From a virus (Duplodnaviria; Caudoviricetes): a stretch of 64,000 bases of DNA. The stretch is taken from IMG/VR virus record IMGVR_UViG_2885358051_000002, positions 26,284-90,283 of that record. One strand, written 5' to 3'. Positions 47,754-57,118 of the stretch are shown piece by piece (positions within the stretch are counted from its first letter, which is position 1; every line of letters begins with the position of its first letter). The translations under genes and the position numbers were made by a program. Below the pieces are notes generated by a model. It made no database searches and was not told the origin of the DNA. It worked only from the letters and a program-made list of their open reading frames with translations.

Positions 47754-48770
47754 ATGGCTTGTATTATGAAAAAGATAGGACTTGTGGATGTGGACGGCCA
47801 CGCCAAGAAAAAGAAATGGGGAGCAACCATTTACCCCAACCTCGCACTGGGAAAGATCGCAAGATATTGGAAAATCCATGGAGCAATGGTCGAGTGGGCA
47901 TCCAAAATGGAACACTATGATGTCGTGTACATGTCAAAGGTCTTCAATTTCACACCTGATGACCTAAGCATCTATGATGCCAACAAAATCATCCGAGGAG
48001 GTACCGGTTACGACATCAATAGTACACTCCCGGAAGAAATAGACCGACTGCAACCAGACTATTCCATCTATCCACATGTGCCCAAAGACACTGCGTATGG
48101 TTTCCTGACCAGAGGATGCCAAAACAAATGCCCGTGGTGCGTGGTACCGAAGAAAGAAGGGCACATACGGCCATACATGGATGTGGATGAAATAGCCATC
48201 GAGGAAAGGGTGAAACTCATACTGATGGATAACAACATTTTGGCCGCAGGAGATTACTGCATGGAACAGTTAGAAAAGATTATAGAGCGAAGGTATAGGA
48301 TAGACTTTAACCAGGCACTCGATGCAAGGCTGGTGAATGATGACAATGCCCGGATGCTTGCCAGGATAAAATGGCTTGACAACCGAAGAATACGTTTCGG
48401 ATGTGACACACACGGACAAATAGCAGAATGCGAACGTGCGATGGAACTTATCAACTCATACGGGTTCAAAGGCGAGTATTTCCTTTACACAATGATTGGA
48501 GGTAAGAACGACTTTAAGGAGTGCTACGAACGCATAAATTATTGGTGGAAGCGCACATGGAAATCAAGAGCTGAGCAGAAGGGCATATACATATATCCCT
48601 ACGCGCAGCCATATAGAGACCCCAACAATCCACACCACCCTATACCACAATGGCAGAAAGACCTTGCAGGATGGGTGAACAAACGAAATCACTTCATGGC
48701 ACATTCGTTTTCAGACTTTATGCCGAGAAAAGGATTCAGATGTGAGACCTATCTGAAGAAATATCTATGA
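47754..48770 (+). CDS. Radical SAM protein (phage family)
   Basis: FLTRGCQNKCPWCVVPKKEG, LMDNN, DFNQALDARL. Confidence 0.88.
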   Translation: MACIMKKIGLVDVDGHAKKKKWGATIYPNLALGKIARYWKIHGAMVEWASKMEHYDVVYMSKVFNFTPDDLSIYDANKIIRGGTGYDINSTLPEEIDRLQPDYSIYPHVPKDTAYGFLTRGCQNKCPWCVVPKKEGHIRPYMDVDEIAIEERVKLILMDNNILAAGDYCMEQLEKIIERRYRIDFNQALDARLVNDDNARMLARIKWLDNRRIRFGCDTHGQIAECERAMELINSYGFKGEYFLYTMIGGKNDFKECYERINYWWKRTWKSRAEQKGIYIYPYAQPYRDPNNPHHPIPQWQKDLAGWVNKRNHFMAHSFSDFMPRKGFRCETYLKKYL

Positions 48771-48845
48771 GATCCAACATAATAAAAAGCGCATTCTATA
48801 TCCGAATACGCTTTTATTATTTCATCAATCAATGAATGTATGAAA

Positions 48846-49430
48846 TCATCTTTTATTGGCTTTCCTGATAAGCCTGACACCATATAAAATTCCAAACACA
48901 GAGAAGATAATACATATAAATGTAAAAACTTCACTCACCGTAGAAAAACAAGAAACATCCTTGTCCTTTGTAGCAGCAGAACTAATGGAGTCCGCATTCT
49001 GTGATTTTTCTCTCTCGTACAAAGCCTGAAACAAGGAATCGTAATGTTCCTGCATCGTAGTGTACTTATGCTGCAATAAAGTGAGTTGCTGCTGATAAAG
49101 TTGTTCCCTATTACGAGATTCCGAACGACTAATGGTACGCTGTTCATTACGTACTTCACGACCCAAAGAATCAATGTAAGAAGTGATAGTCTCCGATATG
49201 TGCTCAGAGGCAGAATCTTTACTTACCATTCTTTCCATAGAATACTGCAAGAATAAAGACAAAATGCTGTCAATACTTGTATATGATTGCCACGCACCAC
49301 TCCGGATTTCATAATGAGTAGAGTCGGAAAAAGAAGTGCTTTTCTCATTAAAATGCTCTGTTCGATGAGTGGTGGCACAGGCAGAGAACAAAACAAAGAA
49401 GACCAACACATAAAAAATGATTTTTGCCAT
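48846..49430 (-). CDS. Lipoprotein with C-terminal TM helix; spanin-like lysis protein candidate
   Basis: Signal peptide with lipobox LFSAC, central coiled coil, C-terminal hydrophobic helix plus basic tail; under a late-type promoter. Confidence 0.68.
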   Translation of the reverse strand: MAKIIFYVLVFFVLFSACATTHRTEHFNEKSTSFSDSTHYEIRSGAWQSYTSIDSILSLFLQYSMERMVSKDSASEHISETITSYIDSLGREVRNEQRTISRSESRNREQLYQQQLTLLQHKYTTMQEHYDSLFQALYEREKSQNADSISSAATKDKDVSCFSTVSEVFTFICIIFSVFGILYGVRLIRKANKR

Positions 49431-49457
49431 AATAACTTATTTTTAATTTTACTATGG

Positions 49458-49494
49458 CAAAGATAGCAAAACAGATATGCAGAACGGGGACAAA
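49458..49494 (-). promoter_or_regulatory. Putative late promoter TTTGTCCC-N21-TATCTTTG
   Basis: Same 25-nt architecture. Confidence 0.72.
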
Positions 49495-49498
49495 CTAA

Positions 49499-49521
49499 GG
49501 CCTCGGACAATATCCGAGGCC
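49499..49521 (-). terminator. Terminator after rep
   Basis: GGCCTCGGA/TCCGAGGCC perfect stem. Confidence 0.6.
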
Positions 49522-49534
49522 GTTTGCATTACTT

Positions 49535-51043
49535 TTAATGTTCTACACCGCGTTTGAGCACCCGACCTGCAGAACCAAGTACATCCGTCATTATCACATG
49601 AAGTTTCTTTTCCTCCTTTGGATTTTCAGTCTCCAACTTATTGTACTCATCGCACATTTCTTTTGTTGGGAACAAAATCAAAATGAAACCAAGAGAAGTA
49701 CCGAAATGACGAGCTTTGAGCAGAAACGGTTTAAGGATGCCATCATAGCGTTCCAAAATCTGTTTCCATTCTTCCGCATATTGTCCAGGTATATCCTTGG
49801 GTTCTTCCTTTTCCGGCTCAAGAATGACAGGAGAATAGTCGAACAAGGTAGGCTGCGGAACATGGATATTTTCTCTTTTCCATTTTCGCAGAATACCCAT
49901 GACATAAGAAGCCACATCATCCGGCTGCTTTCGTTCAACAATACGCCGCACATCAGTAAGCGCGAAATATATAAAATCCTGCAATTTTTCTTCCGGAATA
50001 GACTCAATTATATCACGAAGTGAATGAATAGACAAGTCCGGACACCATGATACATACGTATCAATAAAATTGTATATGCTATTGGAACGACGATCCTCTT
50101 CCGCTTTCATGTTGCCCATATCGGAGTTCTTCATTGTAAACAAAACCTCCAATGGAATGCCACGCGACTTCCCAGGTGGGAAAATAGGTTCATAATCAAA
50201 ACTGAAATTTATTTCCCCACTACGGGCCAAATCATCCATTTCCTGTTTTACAGGTTCAAGCACCAGTTTCTTGACTTTGGACCAAGAAGTATAAGGATTT
50301 TTACCATCGTTAGTCTCATAATAATACTCGTCCGTAAGACCAAGAAATTCCACGAGGTCAGTATATGGAACCTTTTTATGACCCACATCCTTAAAACGCG
50401 AGAGATAAATGTATAAGCGAGGTGTCCGCTTTTTTAGAGCAACACGCGCAATATGAGACACATGCTTCACAAATCCATGCTGCATGGTAAATATATCACG
50501 GATATTTTCAGTCAGCATTACCACACGCAGGACACCAGTACGACGCAACTCACTTTCCGTCATAGCTATTTCGATGCGCGGGAACAGCGCAGCAGCTACA
50601 TGCCGTGTTACCTTGCCTTTTGTATCAAATTTAGGATATTTCATTGTAATACGACTCAATGCAAGTGCAGCCTGCTCCAATTGTTCATAATGAGCAGGGA
50701 TAACCCCCAAATCTGCCGCAGAGAGATTAAGGTCGATGGTTTCCCGCTTCATCAATTCCGAATCGTCAAATATAGCAGGAAAAGATTTCTGTTTATGCTG
50801 TGAATCAACAGAATCAATAATACGATGCTGTAACTTCTCGATGATGCCCAAGAGAATGCGCTGCTGCATGAGTGTGAAGTCACCGGAAATTTGGGAATAC
50901 ACCACAGGATTGTAGAGCCATCGCATGTCCCTGAGTTCCGAATACATGGAGTTGGAAGACACCATCAACTTATCCTGTTTAGATGACTGTTTACCCTGTT
51001 TTTCCTTTTTACCCTTCATAGGTTTATCCTTATTTTCATTCAT
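49535..51043 (-). CDS. Plasmid-type replication initiator (Rep_3/RepB family)
   Basis: FTLMQQRILLGII, KRTPRLYIYLSRFKD, LVEFLG, KKLVLEPVKQEM winged-helix pattern; iterons upstream. Confidence 0.8.
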   Translation of the reverse strand: MNENKDKPMKGKKEKQGKQSSKQDKLMVSSNSMYSELRDMRWLYNPVVYSQISGDFTLMQQRILLGIIEKLQHRIIDSVDSQHKQKSFPAIFDDSELMKRETIDLNLSAADLGVIPAHYEQLEQAALALSRITMKYPKFDTKGKVTRHVAAALFPRIEIAMTESELRRTGVLRVVMLTENIRDIFTMQHGFVKHVSHIARVALKKRTPRLYIYLSRFKDVGHKKVPYTDLVEFLGLTDEYYYETNDGKNPYTSWSKVKKLVLEPVKQEMDDLARSGEINFSFDYEPIFPPGKSRGIPLEVLFTMKNSDMGNMKAEEDRRSNSIYNFIDTYVSWCPDLSIHSLRDIIESIPEEKLQDFIYFALTDVRRIVERKQPDDVASYVMGILRKWKRENIHVPQPTLFDYSPVILEPEKEEPKDIPGQYAEEWKQILERYDGILKPFLLKARHFGTSLGFILILFPTKEMCDEYNKLETENPKEEKKLHVIMTDVLGSAGRVLKRGVEH

Positions 51044-51063
51044 AACTACAATTTACAAAAGTT

Positions 51064-51449
51064 GTTACCAAAATTAGCCGAAACAGTTACCACGTTTTAC
51101 CAAAACAGTTACCAAGATTTTCCTTCCATAAATGATAAAACCCATAAATACAGGGGGATTGAATACATAAATACACCCTATATAAATAATATATCATAAT
51201 AAAATGAAGTACTACCATTGATTATGTTGAATAAATAAGAATAACCATATATATGCTCACTTTTGGTAAAACGTGGTAACTATATTGGCAAAAAGTAGAA
51301 ATAAGAATGGAAAAGAAAGAAATGTTTTGGTAAAACATGGTAACTATCTATTATCCGCTCTCAATTCCTATATTCACCGCACATACAAGCCTACAACACC
51401 TCAGATAGCATAATTGGGTGTATTTAGTTTTGGTAAAACGTGGTAACTA
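51064..51449. repeat. Iteron-like repeats TTTTGGTAAAAC(G/A)TGGTAACTA (putative plasmid origin)
   Basis: Direct copies at 51261-51282, 51325-51346 and 51428-51449; inverted copy at 51085-51105; half sites at 51064 and 51107; AT-rich spacer. Confidence 0.85.
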
Positions 51450-51782
51450 TTGTACAGGATGACGCTCAACAAACTCTGTGATGGCACGAGAAAGAATATC
51501 GCCAATAGAAGTACGCTGCCCGGCAAAGTACTTCATACGATTCAATTTCTCATAGACAGAAAGCGGAATACGTGTCTGCACATTTTTCATCGGCTCCGCG
51601 TTCATCTGCTGTGAAAATACACCCACATATTGCTGTGTGGATGAAACCATGGGATTTTCTGGTGCAGAAGTTTCAGTCTCTGTAACAACAGATCCCACCG
51701 CATTTACCTGTACCATCATCTCTTCGTGTTCCTTAGCAGCCGGAGAACCAGCAACTATACTTTTCTTCTTGTAAGATTTCAT
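51447..51782 (-). CDS. Ribbon-helix-helix ParB/ParG-like partner of ParA
   Basis: Disordered N-terminus, then KNVQTRIPLSVYEKLNRM...SIGDILSRAITEFV. Confidence 0.68.
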   Translation of the reverse strand: MKSYKKKSIVAGSPAAKEHEEMMVQVNAVGSVVTETETSAPENPMVSSTQQYVGVFSQQMNAEPMKNVQTRIPLSVYEKLNRMKYFAGQRTSIGDILSRAITEFVERHPVQ

Positions 51783-51817
51783 ATTTCAGTGATTTTTAAT
51801 TTTACCATAAAAGATAT

Positions 51818-52672
51818 TCAATCGGATGGAGAAGTCGTTTCAAGCAATTCCGTAATAAAGTCGTCATAGTCGTGTGCAGCGGTACAATCCGGGGCATAAG
51901 AGAAAATGTCCTGATGCTGGAATTGGCTCTCCCCTACCTTTACGCACTGGCGTATGCGCGTGTGGAACATTTCTGCCTCATAATTATATCGCAGGAACTC
52001 TGTAGTCTCTCGTGTAAGGTTGGTACGCTCATCAGCCATGACGATGAGCAAGCCCCGCATTACCAAATCAGAGTTGAGTTTACGCTGCACATTACGATAA
52101 GCCTCTATCATACGACCGATACCATCCACAGAAAGAGAACCAAGCTGCACAGGAATGATAACACCAGATGCTGCACCAAGCGCATTGTATGTAAGTTCGG
52201 AAAGTGCCGGAGCACAGTCAATAAGTACATAATCAAAACACTCCTCTATAAGAGAACCGCCCAGGTTTTCCGCTCCGAGATACAACGCATCCATATATGA
52301 GATGTCGTTGCCAAAGAGCGAAGCCAGAACAAGTTTAGATTGCATTTGGCGATGTAAATCTGGATCGATGTCCGCAAGAGAAGTAGATGCAGGACTATAG
52401 AAAAGTCCATTGTCGCTCTTATATACTGGAAGATGATTTTTATCACCATCTCTAAGTGCGTCAGCTACAGTGGAGATGATAGACATCTGTTTTATTTTTT
52501 CCCTCCATCCGAGCAGAGATGAAAGATTGCCCTGTGGATCGAGGTCGATGCACAGAATACGAAGAGACGGGTCACGACGAAGCAGGCCGGCCGCTACGTT
52601 CTGCACAGTAGTGGTCTTTGCTACCCCACCCTTATTATTGGCAAAAGCCAAAACTTCTTTGAGTCTATTCAT
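51818..52672 (-). CDS. parA: ParA/Soj partition ATPase
   Basis: NNKGGVAKTTT, IDLDPQGNL, YVLIDCAP, VIIPV. Confidence 0.95.
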   Translation of the reverse strand: MNRLKEVLAFANNKGGVAKTTTVQNVAAGLLRRDPSLRILCIDLDPQGNLSSLLGWREKIKQMSIISTVADALRDGDKNHLPVYKSDNGLFYSPASTSLADIDPDLHRQMQSKLVLASLFGNDISYMDALYLGAENLGGSLIEECFDYVLIDCAPALSELTYNALGAASGVIIPVQLGSLSVDGIGRMIEAYRNVQRKLNSDLVMRGLLIVMADERTNLTRETTEFLRYNYEAEMFHTRIRQCVKVGESQFQHQDIFSYAPDCTAAHDYDDFITELLETTSPSD

Positions 52673-52693
52673 AATGATATAATTTATATGTTA

Positions 52694-52725
52694 CAAAATT
52701 AACGGTTTTAATCGGATTTACAAAA
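52694..52725 (-). promoter_or_regulatory. parA promoter with the conserved 22-bp operator-like motif
   Basis: TTTG-19-TAATTTTG; 22-mer identical to 14278-14299. Confidence 0.72.
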
Positions 52726-52842
52726 CATTCATGTATTTATTTCTTCATTTATTCATAAATTCATTGATTTATGTATGTATGAAATTCTGATTTCAAAAAA
52801 TACCCGGACACTTTTGATGCCAGGGCACACTTTTTCTCAAAA

Positions 52843-53238
52843 TTATTTAGCTGTTGATACAGTCGTGGTATCAGTGCCCCAAGTGAAGTCTGCATCAATG
52901 GAGAACTGTGCAGATATGGGAGCAAGAGGAATTGCGCGTACAGGTTTGATGGAGTAACTTGTTTTCTCGCCTGCCACGGTAGTGCCACCCGTGTTGGAAT
53001 CAGACCATGTGAAGGTGTAATACTTTTCAGTTCCGTATTCCGTAGAGCCTACCTTGCGATAATCTTCAGGACGATCGTAGCAAAGACAGCGGGCACCGCT
53101 CCAATAGTCAGTATGGAGGACATAACGACGCATGGCAGCAGCCTCAATGCGTGTAGGCATACGGTAAGGTTTGATTTGGTTGCCATACTTTACGATAGGG
53201 TCTGGAGTAGTTGAAAGCACCACACCTGTTATTTCCAT
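52843..53238 (-). CDS. Small protein with a CLec/DUF1566-like C-terminus
   Basis: YRMPT...YWS...YSIKPVRAI resembles C-type lectin-fold ends. Confidence 0.45.
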   Translation of the reverse strand: MEITGVVLSTTPDPIVKYGNQIKPYRMPTRIEAAAMRRYVLHTDYWSGARCLCYDRPEDYRKVGSTEYGTEKYYTFTWSDSNTGGTTVAGEKTSYSIKPVRAIPLAPISAQFSIDADFTWGTDTTTVSTAK

Positions 53239-53281
53239 CTTTCAGAAATTGGTGATTTTTTACAGGTTCTATAACGTAGGA

Positions 53282-54106
53282 TTATTTACCATAGTTTTCC
53301 GGCGCTATGCCATCGGAAGCCAGGGATGCCGTAGTATGCTTGATGAGTTTGACAATCTCATGGTTGTTTTTGTCGAACACCGGGGCCTTAGAGTACAGCA
53401 GATCAGGCCGGCGGGACGGGTCGATGAAGGTGTGTCCAAGGCCCTGCTTTCGTGTCATCATTGGACGAATTTCCGGATCGTAGTCTTCCTTCCATTCCTG
53501 CAATGGCTGCTCATCGGATGAACGAGAGCCGCGCGGCCGGCGGTCGTGCCTGTCCCATACGTTCTGCGCCCAGAGAGCCATGTAATTGAGCGTCCCGAAG
53601 ATTCCCTTATCACCTTCCCATGCAATGTCGGACTCGTCGATGCTGTCCAGACATCCAATCAGTTCAAGGTAGGCATTCATGCCAGGTACCTTCACAACCA
53701 GACGCGGTTCATCAAATTCCTCGTCATATACCCTACCCTGCTGCTCGATATACTCGCGCACGGATGTGCCCAGGCGGTACGCCTCTTTGATGTTGTCAAA
53801 CGCCTGCGCACGCTGCGCAAGGTATGCCATACGGTTCTCGTTCTCACGATCCGTAATCTCGCGAAACTTCATATTATAACCATCCTTGCCGGGTTTCGGC
53901 TCGAAATTGGTCTTAAACGCATGGATTTTGCAGACGATGTGCGGGGCGAAAGTACTGATGATACATTGCCCCAGATCATTGCGGGCCTGGACGGTAGTTG
54001 CGATGAACGGTCCATGAAACTGCATACCCGTGTTGAAAGCCAAACTGCGGGGAGAAAGTTCCCCATCCCAGAAAGGGAGAGCTTGAAGTTTTTTTTCTGT
54101 ACTCAT
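53282..54106 (-). CDS. Hypothetical phage protein (274 aa)
   Basis: Long ORF. Confidence 0.75.
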   Translation of the reverse strand: MSTEKKLQALPFWDGELSPRSLAFNTGMQFHGPFIATTVQARNDLGQCIISTFAPHIVCKIHAFKTNFEPKPGKDGYNMKFREITDRENENRMAYLAQRAQAFDNIKEAYRLGTSVREYIEQQGRVYDEEFDEPRLVVKVPGMNAYLELIGCLDSIDESDIAWEGDKGIFGTLNYMALWAQNVWDRHDRRPRGSRSSDEQPLQEWKEDYDPEIRPMMTRKQGLGHTFIDPSRRPDLLYSKAPVFDKNNHEIVKLIKHTTASLASDGIAPENYGK

Positions 54107-54125
54107 AGATTTATGTATGTATGAT

Positions 54126-55640
54126 TTAATGAATTGATGAATTTATGAAAGAATTGTTGAAAACAGGAATGCCAAAAGCCGCAAGAGCCAGTGAAATGGG
54201 GAGCAAGAAAAAGATTAAAACGACGGAAAAGAATAGTGTAGCCAATTTTGCAACCATTCCTGTCTGTTCAGGTTCTTCTTCATCATCTTCTTCTGTTGGA
54301 ACAGTGGTAGATGTTGCAGGAGACATATTTTCTTCCACTGCCGGTTTCAATTGAGCAGATTCTGATGGAACCATATTGGGGATGATATGCAAGGTTACTT
54401 CCTCCTCAAATTCATCTGTAGTCTCCGACTCAGGATCAGGAATAAGTGCAACACAAGGATTGTTTTGGTGATTTTCTGCATTATCTATAACGCGGAACAC
54501 TTTTGGTGTAATATCATTAGAAAGTCCCACTTCAATGATGGAGCCCTCTTCGATGCCAAGTTTTTCGGCCGTGGCTTCAGAATAAAGTGAAGCGCGGGAA
54601 ACTTCACGTCCCATGATGGTGACGGAGTTGAAATATGCCACAGGTGTACGACGGCCTGTCTTTCCCACTGTAATTTCGATACGTGTGCAGGTAGTGATAA
54701 CCGTCTCCGGAGAAAACTTATAAGCGATGTTGCCATGCGGATGATGAGCGGTTGAACCGAGAGAGTCAGCAAGGTTTTTATCATCCACTTTGATAACAAG
54801 TCCATCAATAGGATAGGGCAGAGAGTTCCTGTTTTCCCGATCATCAAATAGCGAAATATACTCGATAATTCCATCAATATATGAAGCATCAAAGCAAGAG
54901 GGGCACTCAACATTGAAGCCAAGGGAATGTACTGCAAACATCATCGACTCGAAGTGCGATCCGTTGGCAGAGAAGCAAGGAGCGTTCACTTTCCATGGAA
55001 CGAAAGCGAGCAGAGCACAGTCAGGAGTCGCTACTTCCATATTGCACAATGAACTTGCAGCTGTACGACAATCGGTATAAAGACGGCTTATTTTATTGAG
55101 ATTGGCTTTTGGGCAAACAATTTCCCCATATATTTCTATTCTACCCAGCTTCAATCCTATCAGGGCAGGAAGCTGCTGAGGGATTCCGGAGATAAGGCCG
55201 GCATGGGCTGTGATGTCCTGACCCTGCAAACCATTGCCACGAGTAGAAGCACTGATGAGTTGTCCATCCTGATATACCAAAGAGCAACTTATGCCATCAT
55301 ATTTGTATTCGATGGAAACTTGAAAATTGTCATGTCCTATCTTACTGATTGTATTATTCAGCCAAGTAAGAACAGCATCACGTGTTTTTGCCTTTTGGCA
55401 AGAACGCATGGGGGTGCGGTGTGCAATAGTGCGTCGGCCGTTGTCGGAGAGGTCAGAGCCTACTTTCTGAGTAGGAGAATCCGGCAATGTCCATTCCGGG
55501 TGCTGTTGCTCACATTGCTCTATCTGAGAAATGAAAACATCAAAAGCTGCGTCCGTAATGGAAGGGTTCGATAGAACGTAATAATCGTAAGAGGCTTTGT
55601 TCGCCTGATTGACTAAGGAAATATATTCTTGCTGTGTCAT
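54126..55640 (-). CDS. ligA: NAD+-dependent DNA ligase-like protein (Ia, adenylation and OB domains) with an acidic linker and C-terminal TM helix
   Basis: YYVLSNPSITDAAFD, EYKYDGIS, GEI, IDGLVIK, IAYKF, OB VGKTGRRTPVA; no Zn finger, HhH or BRCT. Confidence 0.85.
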   Translation of the reverse strand: MTQQEYISLVNQANKASYDYYVLSNPSITDAAFDVFISQIEQCEQQHPEWTLPDSPTQKVGSDLSDNGRRTIAHRTPMRSCQKAKTRDAVLTWLNNTISKIGHDNFQVSIEYKYDGISCSLVYQDGQLISASTRGNGLQGQDITAHAGLISGIPQQLPALIGLKLGRIEIYGEIVCPKANLNKISRLYTDCRTAASSLCNMEVATPDCALLAFVPWKVNAPCFSANGSHFESMMFAVHSLGFNVECPSCFDASYIDGIIEYISLFDDRENRNSLPYPIDGLVIKVDDKNLADSLGSTAHHPHGNIAYKFSPETVITTCTRIEITVGKTGRRTPVAYFNSVTIMGREVSRASLYSEATAEKLGIEEGSIIEVGLSNDITPKVFRVIDNAENHQNNPCVALIPDPESETTDEFEEEVTLHIIPNMVPSESAQLKPAVEENMSPATSTTVPTEEDDEEEPEQTGMVAKLATLFFSVVLIFFLLPISLALAAFGIPVFNNSFINSSIH

Positions 55641-55740
55641 TGTTTTATGATTTCATTGTCAATTTCAAACAGATACTTATATTTTTCCATATATTTAACT
55701 TGTTAGTGTGATCTATGGATTTAATTTCGGTGATTATTGA

Positions 55741-56637
55741 TTAGTATATAACGGAACAATCCAATGCAATATCGTATGTCCAGACATCTTCATAGTAATG
55801 GGATGCCTTGAGATCGATGAGTTCGTAGGCGTTCCAATCGTCGCATGGGACCAGAAAAAACTTACCATCCGTATTTTCGTTCGTAACTTGATCTTTGAGA
55901 GACTGCATACGTGACATGAAGTCTGAGTAATCATCCTCATAATCTTCCTCATCAGTCTCAGACATAACCATATCAATTGTCTCTACGAACTCGCTGGAAT
56001 CAGTATATATGGAATAATTGCCATCATTCTCATAGACATCCATCATGTCATAATTATTATAAACGGCGCCTTGGCTCTCATAGAAATGCCACCCATCACG
56101 ACGACGAAGAGAAACCACCTCTACACCATACAATTCTGTAATTTTTGCTGCCTGCTCATAAGAATAAAAGCCAACAACAGCACCATGCAAATTGCGTGGA
56201 TAGCCATTGATGCCGCTGGTAATCTCTACGGAGGTAAGGTCATCATGATCTTCTACTATCATATCACGCAGCTCATAGGAATTTACATACATAAATGGAT
56301 CTATCATCACCTGTATGCGGAAAGGATTCATGCCAGTTTCTGACAGTTCGTAAAAGTCAAGTGACTTATCAAAGTAATCAGAATCCTTCCAGTCCTCACA
56401 AAGTTCTTCATGGTCATCGACATCAAGACTCTTCACGCGAGCAAAGTGAAGCAAGTGTTTTCTCAATTCCATGTCCTCGTCAGATGGTCTCCAAAAACCA
56501 AATCCAGAGCCACCATTACCGGTTGAAACGTATGCCACACAGTCACCACGTCGAAGAGTATTGATGATTGCATTGACTACCTTGTACTGTTCATCTGAAT
56601 GTCTTGTATTCATAATTAAATGTTTTATGCCTCTCAA
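55741..56637 (-). CDS. Acidic hypothetical early protein
   Basis: 298 aa ORF after a TTTG-19-TACCTTTG promoter. Confidence 0.75.
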   Translation of the reverse strand: MRGIKHLIMNTRHSDEQYKVVNAIINTLRRGDCVAYVSTGNGGSGFGFWRPSDEDMELRKHLLHFARVKSLDVDDHEELCEDWKDSDYFDKSLDFYELSETGMNPFRIQVMIDPFMYVNSYELRDMIVEDHDDLTSVEITSGINGYPRNLHGAVVGFYSYEQAAKITELYGVEVVSLRRRDGWHFYESQGAVYNNYDMMDVYENDGNYSIYTDSSEFVETIDMVMSETDEEDYEDDYSDFMSRMQSLKDQVTNENTDGKFFLVPCDDWNAYELIDLKASHYYEDVWTYDIALDCSVIY

Positions 56638-56747
56638 AGGCGGTTAATACTTTTATATTCTTGTTTCTGATGCAAAGGTATTGCTTTTTCTTTAATCATC
56701 AAAACAAAAAGAGAAATAATTTCGCTTTTTGTTGAAAATAATCTGAT

Positions 56748-57086
56748 TTATGGTTGTTTGCTCGTTTTTATAGCCCAAAAGTCGGCTGCTGCCTGCATAC
56801 AATCACATATTGCTCGGTCGATAGATTTGTAATTATCCTGAGTAATGTGCAGTTGGTGTCCATCCTTAGTGCCTCCAGCCTGTATGATGCAGAAGTCCGT
56901 GCGGCCTTTTGCGGTTACAATATACTCTCCACGCTGGTGCAAGGCTTTCATCACTGTGTCATACTGGTCAGGAAGGGTAGGAACTACCTGACAGCGGATA
57001 AAAGGGAACTCGTTGGCAGAGAGTAGAGGGAAACGGTGTCCGTATTCCCCTGTCACTTCTGTTATTTCAAAAGTAAATTTCATCAT
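56748..57086 (-). CDS. Hypothetical protein
   Basis: 112 aa ORF. Confidence 0.7.
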   Translation of the reverse strand: MMKFTFEITEVTGEYGHRFPLLSANEFPFIRCQVVPTLPDQYDTVMKALHQRGEYIVTAKGRTDFCIIQAGGTKDGHQLHITQDNYKSIDRAICDCMQAAADFWAIKTSKQP

Positions 57087-57118
57087 AATATGAATTTATG
57101 ATTACGTGAATATATGAA

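Noticed and set aside
52843-53238. Diversity-generating retroelement target
   Set aside because: The C-terminus is CLec-like, but no reverse transcriptase or template repeat differing at adenines was seen in the window
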